Shown: one piece after another, positions 24,939-36,800 of the stretch
How the letters are laid out: every line of letters starts with the position of its first letter
Numbering within the stretch: the stretch's first letter is position 1
Assembly: GCA_043228905.1 (NCBI GenBank)
Contig: JBHGNT010000013.1
Location: 8,494,001-8,558,000, forward strand
From: Azolla caroliniana
Taxonomy: Eukaryota; Plantae; Polypodiophyta
Direction: 5' to 3'
Length of the DNA stretch: 64,000 nt
Made by a program: the position numbers and the translations under genes
Notes under the pieces: model-generated
Seen by the model: the letters and a program-made list of their open reading frames with translations, nothing else
What the model was told of the DNA's origin: nothing
Database searches by the model: none

Positions 24939-27900
24939 ATGTCGTATAAAGAGGAGACACCGGTCACTTGTAAGCGCCCTTGTACAAGGTCAGTTACGAA
25001 GGCAGTGCAGGAAGCGTTCATTGCGCAAGAACAACCGGAATCAAGCACAAAGTGGTCGAAACTTCCTGACTTATTCGATCAATTACCTTCAGACGAAAAA
25101 CAGACAGAAGAGGTATCGTTTTACGACATTTGGGACGATATGCCTTATACTTATTCTAAGTTCCGGGAAGGAACAGATGCGGAAGCACATGTTATGGATT
25201 TCTTAACGACATGGGAGATTAACCATGGAGCTCAGCGATTGTCGGCAGATGCCGAAGATAAGTCAAAAATCGCTGAGTTCGTCTTATCATTAGACGGATA
25301 TTCTGCCAATTGGTTTGCGCAGAACGGTCTTCAAGGATTTCCATCCTTTGAAGTGTTAACTAGTAAATTTTTACAATTATTTCATCAACAAATTCCGCAG
25401 AAGGATTTGATTGCGCAATTTTATGCGTTATATCAAGAAAAAAATGAAACAGTATCTCAGTTTGTGATACGATTTCAGAACTTACAGCTTCAGATTTCAA
25501 GGCCGGTTCCGGATAATGAATTAAAAGAAGTCTTTCTGGAAGCTGTAAAAGAACCATTAAGGACGACATTGAAAGTGTTCGATTTTCGAAATCAGACTAT
25601 CGAACAAGTAATTGATAAAGCAATAGAAATGGGTCGACCACTGGTCAATGTTCAGAGTATGGACATGTCGGCATTACACCGTACATTACCGACAATAGAG
25701 GAGTTACAATTTCGACAAGCAGTTCAATGCACCACTTGTTTAAATACGGGGCATTCGGCAATTGAATGTACGTTAAGAACACATTGTACAATATGTCATT
25801 CAAAGTTACATTCAGTAGAACAATGTGAATATAATCTGCTTAATAAGACTACGGCGTCAGTACGACAAATTTTTACTGAAAATGGTTACCAAAATAACAA
25901 TAATCTGTTCAATGGTTATCAAAATAATAATTTTTCACAAAATCAGCAAAATGTACAACAAAATCCGGTTCTACAGCCAAATCAGATCTTTTCACAACAA
26001 AATATGCAACCCACTCAGGTGACTCAAGCATTTCAACCAGGTTTTGCTCAATCCAACCCACCATTCGTATAGAATCCGAATCAATATTTTCAACAAAATA
26101 ATCAAAGTTTCCAACAAGGTAACCCACCATTTCAAGGGTTTCAACAGAATTGTCCGAATGTGCAACCGAATTCTACATTTCAACCAAATCCGGCATTTCA
26201 ACCGGGTAATATGACCTTTCAACATAATACTCAAACCGTTCCACAAAATAATCAAAGGTTTCAACAGAATAATTTTCCGCCAAATCAGGAGTTCGGGATA
26301 ACACAAAATGTAGCACAACCAAATGATAATACTGAACAATTTAGGCAGAATCGGTATAAAAACAAGAGATTTTACAAACCAAAAGCTACACGTCAATACC
26401 AACAAAACCCGAGTGGTAATGAAGAGCAGCAATTTAATAACGGCCAATTTGCACATGGAGAGACCAGTGCAACATTTGTACCCACTTGTTATATTTGTCG
26501 ACAACTAGGCCATTATGCTAATCAATGTCCGGTTAAAGGAAAGGGTCCAGCAGTTAATATGGTAATACCGGAAGTTCAGCAAGTAACGACACGCAGCAAA
26601 AGCAAACAATCAGAGTGGGAAATTCAGGAAGAAGTTCGGAAGGCGGCAAAAGAATGGGTGGACGAAGCAAATCAAAGTAATGTGAATCAAATGTTACAAG
26701 ACAATAACATTGACCAGAACATCGCTGTACAACAGTCATTGGGGAATAAGGAACAGGAAGAAACTTGGAAACTGTTGGCTGATTGCCAAGTGTCATTACC
26801 ACTTACGGGCTTACTTAAGTTAGTACCAAGGTTTACAGAAAAAGTGGCAGCATTAATTGCATATAATGGTTCCGAACAAATAACAGTACACTACAATCAG
26901 CCAAGTAATAACCCTTCGATCATGGATGAACAGAATCCGTCGATTAAGGTAATACTTTACGGGCAAGAAATCGGAAATGTGATTATAGATGGAGGCTCGG
27001 GTGTTAATGTGATTAACAAAACTACATGTGAAAAACTGGGAATCACGGAATGGGAAGCATGTCCGTTTTGGTTACGAATGGCAGATACAAGTACGGTACG
27101 ACCGATTGGTTTGCTTCGACAACTGGATGTAATAATCGGGGGACACAGTTTTCAGATTTCGGCAGTAATTTTGCAGTTAGAAACATAGGGAGCATACCCC
27201 TTGTTATTGGGGAGACCATGGTTAAAGACAACTAATATTAAACAAAATTGGAAACAAAATGTGCTAACATTTAGGAAAGGAAAAACTAAGGTCAGGATTC
27301 CGACGCACAACAAAGTGACAACAAGCAAACAGAGTTTACCTGTACATGCAGAAGCAGTTAATATGATGGAAGGATTGGACGAGGAAGAAGAAAGTCAGTA
27401 TTTCGATGATAATCAGAAAATCCTCCCTCTATTTGAGGTAGATATTTTGCAAGCATTAACACCATATGTAGACTCACACGAAGAAGTGCCAATAGATGAG
27501 CAAACAATGAAAGAAATACGAATGCAACAAGAAGCTACAGATAAGGAAATGAAGGTATCTCAGAGAGTGCAAGCCTCAGCATTGGAGGAGATCGATTTGG
27601 CAGGAGTAGAGGATGCTGAAAGAAAAACAGTCTTGATTGCTAGAGATTTGGCGGAAAATGACAAACGGACATTAACAACATTACTATTACAATATAAAGA
27701 TGTTTTTGCATGGTCGTTTGACGATATGAAAGGTCTGGATCCCGCTTTTTGTCAACATCAAATCAATTTGCATAAAGATGCAAAGCCAGTACAACAACGC
27801 AGGTATAGGTTGAATCCGAATTATGCTATCAAAGTAAAAGAAGAAATCGATAATCTCTTAAAAGTAGGATTTATTCGACCCGTCAAAAAATCAACATGGC

Positions 27901-30431
27901 TGAGTCCGATAGTAGTAGTCCCGAAAAAGAATGGGAAAATTCGCGTATGTGTGGATTACAGAAAATTGAATGCAGCGACAATTACGGATGTGTTTCCGTT
28001 GCCGTTCACAGATGGGATATTAGATGCAGTAGTGGGACATGAAATTTATAGTTTCTTGGATGGGTTCAGTGGGTACAACCAAGTACGGATGAATCCGGAA
28101 GATCAGGAAAAGACAGCCTTCGTCACAGAATGGGGTGTCTTTGTGGCAGTAGTAATGATGTTCGGTTTAAAAACAGCTCCAGCTACATTTCAGCGGGTAA
28201 TACAGGAAATATTCGGGGAATATATTCCAGCTTTCATGCAGGTGTTTTTAGATGATTTTGCAGTATATAGTCGGAAAGATGATCATTTTGAGCATTTACG
28301 GCTATGTTTAGAAAAATGTCGAAAAGGGCGTCTTAGCTTAAATCCAGCCAAATGCGCATTCGGAGTAATGAGTGGTACGTTACTTGGGCATATTGTTAGT
28401 CAAGAAGGGATTGCAGTGGACCCAGACAAAGTTAAAGCAATTATTGAGGCAACACCACCAACAAATGCTAAAGCTCTAAGTAGATTTTTGGGTCAAATTC
28501 GGTGGCACAGTAGAATGATGAGATATCTAGCAGACATTGCTAGTCCGTTACACACAGCAGTACACAAAGTTCCTTTTATATGGACAAGTATAGAACAAGA
28601 TGCATACGAATGTCTCAAGAAGATGCTGACGAAGGTTCCGGTAGTTCAACCACCGGACTGGAACAAACCATTTCATGTTTTCGTCGATGCGTCGGACATT
28701 GCCATAGGCAGTGCTTTAATGCAATTATCCGAACCAAACTGGTATAGGCCGGTATACTATGCCAGTAGGAAACTTTCGTCGGCCGAAAGAAACTATTCAA
28801 CAACCGAAAGAGAAGCTTTGGGAATGATATATAGTGTGAACAAATTTCGACATTACCTTTTGGGTAAGAAATTTACATTTCATGTGGATCATTCGGCTCT
28901 ACTGTATCTAGTTTCCAAACAAGAATTGACAGGCAAGTTAGCCAGATGGACATTATTGCTTCAAGAGTTTGAATTCGACATTATACATCGACCAGGAGCA
29001 CAGCACGCGATTGCTGACTATCTCAGTCGGCTTGAGTCTGGAGAAGAAGCGGTTGGGGTTAAAGATGATTTTCCAGATACTCAATTATTTCGGGTTAAGG
29101 CAGTAAAAGCACAAGAAGTGAATGAGGAAAAAGAGGATGAATGGATTTCCGAAATGACGATATTTCTATCAACAGGAATTCCGGCCGAACACATGTCGAC
29201 AGATGAAAGAAAAAGAATTGCAGTACGAAGTCGGAATTTTTGTTTATTTAATGACATGTTGTATCATAAAGGAGCGGATGGAATATGGCGAAGGGCAGTA
29301 CGAAAATTTGAAAAATCAGCCATATTAACAGAGTCACATTGTGGAATTGCTGGCGGTCATTACGCAGGAGAAGCAACAGCCAGAAAAATATGGAATAGCG
29401 GGTTATGGTGGCCAATGGTGATGAAAGATGCTAACGAATACTGTAAGAAATGCGATTTGTGTCAAAGAATGGGGCAACCAACCGAAAAGGATCGAATGCC
29501 TTTTCAACTGGTTTTACCTCTTGAGCCATTTCAGAAATGGGGCTTAGATTTTGTTGGCCCATTCAAACCAGCAGCTGCAAGAACCGGTAATCGATATATC
29601 ATAATTGCGACTGACTATTGCACAAAATGGGTTGAAGCAGAAGCTCTCAGAGACAATACAGCAGCATCCACAACAAAATTCCTGTATGAAAATATATGGT
29701 GTCGATTCGGTTGCCCAATAGAATTGGTAAGCGATCAAGGCACTCATTTTATTAACAAGTTAATTAACGAATTAACCAATTACTATGCCGTAGTTCATAA
29801 GAAAAGTACGCCTTACTATCCCCAAGCTAATGGATTGGCAGAATCGACAAATAAAACAATTCAAACAATTTTAAAGAAGATAGTGAATGAAAATCGTACT
29901 GATTGGGATCAAAAGTTAAATAGTGCATTATGGGCATATCGTACTTCGTACAAAACATCCATTAAATCAACACCTTTCCGAATGGCATTCGGACTGGAAG
30001 CCGTTATGCCGATCGAATTTCAAATTCCGACACTTCGTATCCAAGCGACGAATAAGTTAAATGAAATAGAATCGGAGCAGATTCGCAAAGAGGCTTTATT
30101 AGTATTAGAAGAAGAACGGATTCAATCAATGTCAGCACTAGAAAACAAGCAGAGACAAATCAAGGCATTCGTAAATCGACATCGAAGGAAATCGGAAGAG
30201 CAATTCGAAATTGGGAAACCGGTATTGGTTTTCCAGACGAGAATGGGACTTATGCCTGGGAAACTCCGGTATAGATGGACAGGTCCAGTATGGATAATTA
30301 ATAGTAAAAATGGTACGTATCAGCTGGGATCATTAACCGGAGAGGTTTTACCGAAATGGGTAAATGGATTCCGGCTTAAACCGTATTTGGGAGATATGCC
30401 GGTAAATCCGTTTATTCAAACGGAAGAGTAA
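24939..30431 (+). pseudogene. G1 gag-PR-RT-RH-INT in a single frame with two TAG stops (26070, 27186)
   Basis: Three CCHC knuckles, IIDGGSG, VFLDDF, VDASD, WGLDFVGPF, YYPQANG. Confidence 0.95.
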
Positions 30432-30629
30432 AAAAAAAAAAAAAAAAAAAAACTAACTCACTCAATAGTTCTTGTCAAGTGCAGAAATACAATATTGCCA
30501 TAACAGTCTGAATCGACTATAAATAGAAAGAGGAATTGCATGATTATTAGTAAGTAGTACAACCACTACACGAAGAGTGAATACTAATTAATTCCTACAT
30601 TAATAGCAATTACTATTCTTTAAGTCATC

Positions 30630-33302
30630 ATGCATAAGTTAATATCTTTAAAGCATATTTCTGTATCGTTCGTGTCGCCAAAACAACAGAAACGAGTGCA
30701 GATATCGAAACAGTCTGAGCCTTCGTGCCCTAGTTCGCCCAAACTCTGTTTTTCTGATTTTCATCGCTACAGAAGCTGTGCAGATCTCCAACCGTCATCG
30801 ACAAGTGATTCAGAACAAACAAACACAGAAGTCATGCCGATTCCTGTGTCTGAAGAACTGCGATTGTGGCTTCATGAGAGAAACTTACAAGGTTTCATCA
30901 AAGTAGCAGAAGCGGAACCTCATCTGCAGGCGGAAGAATTGGTACAACAAATAGACATCACCAAAATCACCACAAAGAAAATACGAAATGCATTACAGAT
31001 GCCAAGAGGAGGCTTTGAGGCAGTTAAAAAACCTTCATCAGAAGCACTCCAATCGTATTTCGGGGAATACTCACCCTCGGCAAAAGCATATCAGACTTAT
31101 GGAGGTAGGGATGAGTTTTTCCATGAAGTGGCTAGATTTTTATTAGAGGTGGGATTTGTCGGTCCTCGTTTTTATTGTATGCCGAAAAAAAGGGCTGGGT
31201 TTATCATAGCCGCATACGAAAAAGAGGATTTCAACTGGCCACTATTGTCGGGGGAAGCTCTGAGAGAGCAGCTACAAGGGGTAAAAACAAGAAAACCGAT
31301 GAAGCAAATTTTTGGTCGTTGGATATCGGTATTGTTTCCGATTCAAGAATCGGAAACTCCTGTTCAGTCAAGAAGACCACCGATAGTACAAGCACCGCGA
31401 AGACACCGACAGGTAGTACATGAAGAATGGATAGAGGAAGAATCGGCACATGCCGATAATATACAAACGAATATGCCTCAGTCGGAACCACCAAGACCAG
31501 AGAATTCCGAAATCAGGCAACCAGCGGCCGAACAAGAAACAGTTGACAATTTGATAAACAAGCAACAGCCGACAGAAAATCGACAACAAGCAGAGAAGAT
31601 GCGACAAAGGACAAGGATTAAACAAAAGGCTAATCGGCAATTCTAACCAGAAAACAGTGAGGGGTCAGCACCGAAAAGGCAACGCACAAAGGAAAATTCG
31701 AATACGCCTGTAGTAGCAGAAGTAATAAAACCAGGGAATGAGAGCGTTTCGACACAACCTCAACAAGGACAATCTTCAAAAGTAGCAATTCGGGAAGCAC
31801 ATGGGTACTTGGATATTCCACCAGCAGCACATGAATTAGCTGCCATTTTACAGTTCGGAACTTCATACGAACTGGTTGAATGGTTGGCTAAAAGACTGAC
31901 AGAAGTATCAGAACGGCTGGCTCAAGAACATAATGACCGAATAATGATACAGAAAGCCTTACGAGGAGTGTTGGAACGTCAAGAAAAAGTAGAGATAGAG
32001 AAAATCGGCCGGAAAAGAAGTGCACAGAATAGAGGGGAGGCTATTGAAATGCCACCATTACATGAAGCACTGGTTGAAATTCATAAAGAATATGAAACGG
32101 CACGCAAAGCAGTCAGTGATATGGCTGAAAGATACAAAAGTGTATCAGCATCGGCGGAGGTGCTGAAACATCAGTTTTGTAACATACAGGCAGAAAATAA
32201 AGAACTAAAAGAAAGTCTGAACAAATGGGAAACACAGGCACGGCTTATGGTGTCGGAGTCAGAATGGCAGCAGAAATTGGAGGACGCTGAGAAAGCACGT
32301 CAAGCAGAAACAACAAGGGCCAACAATGCTGTATTTCGAACTACAGAATTAGAAAAACAAATAGAAACCATTCAGAATGGTCAATACAAAGTTCTTGAAG
32401 AAAAAAATCAAGTAATAAACGAATTACAGAAAAATCTAGAAGAAGCTAAGACGGCCAATCATACATATACCGAACAAATTGAAGAATTCGAAAGGTATAT
32501 AGTGTCACAGGAAAGTCAATTGACAGAAAAAGAGCGGAGTCTTGAAGAAGTCAACAGAAGAATTACGGAACAGCAGGAGGAATGGAGCAAAGAGAAATCG
32601 GCATTCGAACAACAACTGGACGAAATTCGGAAGATATCGGAACAAAGACGGCTGGATATATATGTAGTCGAATCCAAACTAATGCGAGCTGAAAGTGAGA
32701 ACCGAACCACTATTACGGATTTACAGAAAGAGTTGCAAACCGCCCAATACGTCGCAAGCATCACTAGGGACAAAGTGCAGCACATCATAGGGAAACATCG
32801 AAACCTAGCAAAGAAAATGATCGATGAATCCCTTGCGCAAGGATGGAAGTTATGGACGGCACAAGCGGCGGAATTACAGTTATTGCGTGCCGACAAAAAT
32901 AACCGTCAGGTCCAAGGTGCAGGTTTTTTTAAAATGGCACAAAAGGATATTGACAATATCCAAGAGGATATCATGAAAGATATGGACGAAATTGCGGCAT
33001 TTTACAGAGAAGAAATTCAACGTATTATGCAAGAATTCGACAAAAATGATATAGGCACTTCCGTCCAGTTGGATAAAATCGAAGCCAAAAGAACCAACAA
33101 GACTCCTGGTCTTCAAGCTCCCGGAAGAAGTGAACCAGAGCAGCCAACCGAATCACAACATTCAAAACCTGCTCCGAATGACGACTGTGACACAGATGAA
33201 GATGAAGATGAAGAGGAAGATATAGGTGGAATACATCCAAGGCCAGAAGAGCCTTCGATTTTTGATATTCTGAACGATTCGGATGAAGAGCTACAGGAAT
33301 AG
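30630..33302 (+). pseudogene. G1 extra ORF (~890 codons, one in-frame TAA at 31644): globular N-domain, long coiled coil, acidic tail
   Basis: Both ORF pieces are in the same frame and the gap reads open. Homologous to the G2 extra ORF. Confidence 0.85.
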
Positions 33303-33304
33303 GC

Positions 33305-33344
33305 GTGGGTTCGCTGGACAAGGTCCTGGCCCACGGACGTGCCA
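33305..33344 (+). other. tRNA-Arg-3'-half-like structured motif at the PPT position of G1
   Basis: GTGGGTTCG-CTGGAC-AAG-GTCCTG-G-CCCAC-GGACGTG-CCA, then AG, then LTR TGTT. Confidence 0.8.
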
Positions 33345-33803
33345 AGTGTTACCCGGACCCGGACAGTCAGTTTTACCGAACAAGTGGGAAAGCGTCGAAA
33401 ACGGAGTCAGTTCGGATCGACTGTTCGGATCAATGACTCAGCAGTAAACGAAGAGAACTAAGTTAGTTAGATAATTTTGTAATTCTTGATAGTAAGTAGG
33501 AATAGTTCTTGATGAGAAAAGACCTTCAGTATACCTATAAAAGGGAACCGAAGGCATTGTAAGAAAGGTCGTTTTATTTAGTAATATAAGTTTAAGTTAG
33601 GAATATCCTGTACGGATTCGGTGTTCTTTCTATTGTCTATGTTGTTAAGTGCAAGCTTCCTAATTTATAACTAAGTAACGATCACGGTAATTACCGATTA
33701 ATATAGTATAATTCCGTTCGTAAAACACAATTCCTTGTTAGGACGTTGAGTAGCGACGTTCAGTCTTCTGTATCGGTAGTAGTTAGTAATTAGCCGATTA
33801 ACA

Positions 33804-36800
33804 ATCTTCACAGCTCCGATTCCTCCTAGCTTCACGCCTCGCTCGCGCTCCTCGACCTGTTCGACTCCGCGCGCTTCGACCCTTCCGGTCGGCTTGTCTG
33901 CTCATGTGGCCCTTATCAGCTCTTCTGCTGTTGCGGTGTCGACACTTCTTCTGCTGCCTTTTCTTCCGCTTGGGCCTCGGTTGATTCAACGTGTCTGAAT
34001 CAAACATCCGAACCGACTCGGCTACCTCCGATCGGTTTTCGCTCTCGTCCGAGTTGGCTGTCTCCAACTCATCTTCGGTCTTCTCGCCCTCGATGGCGTC
34101 GTCTCCCCCATGCGTGGTTGGCTTTGGCTCTCTCCTTCGGCTGCTCCCCTTCTGTCCGCTTTCGGACTTTTCCATGGGTCCGCCCTCGGCTTCTTCAGCC
34201 AATCCGAAGTCGAACTCGACAACCGAGTCAACAGACTCGGACTCAATGTCGCGGTCTCCGCTCCTTTCCTGCTGCCTTGCTTGGTCGTTCGGGACTGTTC
34301 TCCCCCTCAAGTTTGGCACGTCGAGGTGACGCAATCTGAGCGCACCTGAGAATTGCCGCAACTTGTCTAGACCAAGAGGCTTTGTGAAGATGTCGGCAGT
34401 CTGTCGATCCGTCGGCACGTACTGAAGTTTGACTTCACCGGAAAGGACACGCTCACGGACGAAATGGTAATCCACCTCAATGTGCTTGGTCCATACGTGG
34501 AAAATGGGGTTCTTTGCGAGTTGGATGTTGCTGAGGTTGTCGTAGTAGATCGTCGTCGGATCTGACACCTCCACTTGTAGGTCCTTAAGTAGTCACTTCA
34601 ACCATATGGCTTCGCATGTCCTGACAGCCGCTCCTCAGTACTCAGCTTCGGTGCTCGACAATGCAACTGTCGGCTGCTTCTTACGGCTCCACGCGATCGC
34701 GGCACTCCCAAGGGAGAACGCGTATCCGGACGTGGATCGGTGATCGGCGGCATTGCCAGCCCAATCAGCATCGGTGTAGCCGACTAACCGTGGGGCTGCA
34801 CCAATCCGATATAGCAGTCCCCGGTCCTTAGTGTCGTTGACATACCGAAGTATGCGTTGCACACACTGAAGGTGCTCCTCGGTAGGTCGCGCCATGAATT
34901 GACTGATCACCCCGACCAGATAACTGAGGTCGGGTCGGCTGATGGTCAAGTATATGAGGCTTCCGACAATTTGTCGGAACCTCGTCGGGTCGCATACCTG
35001 TCCTATATCGGGACGAAGCTTGATGGTTCTGTCCAGAGGAGTCGAGACGGACTTACAGTAGGCCATCCCGAGTTTGAAGAGCATACCCAGCACGTAATGA
35101 CGTTGGCTGATCAATATGCCTTCGGGGGTATGGATCACTTCGATCCCGAGGAAGTAATGAAGGTCCCCTAGATCCTTCATGTCGAACGATGCCGCAAGGT
35201 GGAGCTTCACGCGGTCGATTTCACCTAGGTCGGCGTCGGTGATGACCAAGTCATCAACATATAGTAAAATACTAACCGGTCCGAGTCGACCTTTCCGAAT
35301 GAACAGGGAAGAGTCCGATTTTGACGTGACGAAGCCCATCCGACGCAGTTGTTGCATAATCTTCGCGTTCCAGGCACGCGGGGCTTGCTTCAGTTCGTAA
35401 AGGGACTTCTTCAGTCGGCATACTGCCGAGGAGTTTGTTCCGGAGGGAAATCCGGGGGGCTGTACCATGTACACTTGTTCCTCAAGGTCACCTTGTAGGA
35501 ACGCATTCTTTACATCCATTTGATGTAAGTGCCACCCCTTGGCCGCGGCTACTGCGAGCAAAACACGGACGGTCGTCATTTTCGCGACCGGCGCAAATGT
35601 CTCATCGTAGTCGATGTCGTGTTTCTGCGCGTAGCCCTTTGCGACTAGCCGAGCCTTGTACCGGTTGACTGAGCCATCGGTGTTGTACTTGACTTTGTAC
35701 ACCCACCTACACCCGATCGGTTTTACCCTTTTTGGTGCGTCAACCAGGTCCCAGGTCTCGTTCTCCACCAATGCGTGCATCTCTTCCTCCATCGCGGCAC
35801 GCCAATTCGCGTCTTTAGCCGCTTCTGCGTAGCTCTCCGGCTCACGCACTTCCGCTATACGGGTCATGTACGCATAATGATGCGCCATGTACTCGTATCC
35901 GAACCGCACAACTGGGTTCTTTTGGCGGGTAGATCGGCGTAATCTCACATTAGCCAATGTCGAGGCCTTCTCGATCGACGCAATCTTCATTTTTAAAGAC
36001 CTGTCACCGGTTCCCTCGGAGTCGGACTCGCGTCGGTCTGACTCGTTCCTTTCCGTGTCGGAATCCAACACCTTCTTCTTCCCTTTCTCTTTGCGCGTAA
36101 GCCGTCTCCTTGGCTTCCTGCGCGGGGAATGCACGGCCAAGTCTCCACTACTTGCCGGCTCTTCATCGGATTGGTCGTACCGACTCAGTCGTCCAATCGG
36201 TCCACTTAACTGGAGTGAAATCGGACTCTCTTCGCGGGTCTCAATTTCGGGCTCATCCGGAGGCATCTCAGCCTCGCTGACCTCATCTTCAGAGCTCGGA
36301 TTGGAGTTGAGGTTCGAAGTCGGGGGCAGGTACCAGGACGCGGACTTGTCAAACACAACGTCGCGGCTGACACGCACTTGTTTGGTGCGAGGGTTATAGC
36401 ACTTATAACCCTTCTGCTCGTCTGAGTAACCGACCAAGATGCATTTCTCAGCCTTTGCGTCCAGCTTCCTCCTTTTCTCCTTCGGTATATGCACATACGC
36501 AATGCTACCGAACACCCTCAAGTGTCGCAAGTTCGGCTTCATTCCGAAATATAGCTCGTGCGCCGACACTTTGTCTCCGATCCCGTTCTGGATGTATACC
36601 GCGGTCCTTACCGCCTCAGCCCAGTAGAACTTGGGCAAGCTCTTCTCCTCCAGCATTGCCCGTGCCGCTTCCACAACTGACCAATTCTTTCTCTCGGCCA
36701 CACCGTTCTACTCCGGCGTGTATCTACAACTGAATTCGCGGCGAATTCCCATTTGTTGTAGGTAACCGTTGAATTGACTGGAAAAGTAATCTTTCCCGCC

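Larger units (their letters stand above)
24410..33803 (+). mobile_element. Complete non-chromovirus Ty3/gypsy element G1 with an extra ORF
   Basis: LTRs 24410-24879 and 33347-33803 (13-bp repeat indel plus a few substitutions), ATCTT TSD, PBS TGGCACGCCCGGT at 24891. Confidence 0.96.

Noticed and set aside
27186-27188. Programmed gag-pol readthrough at the TAG
   Set aside because: G2 has Gln at this position and its own stops lie elsewhere, consistent with random C-to-T changes.
33305-33344. Calling the motif a tRNA gene or SINE insertion
   Set aside because: It has no D or anticodon arm, A-box, TSD or poly(A/T) tail, and it occupies the same position in two diverged elements, so it is treated as a cis motif.
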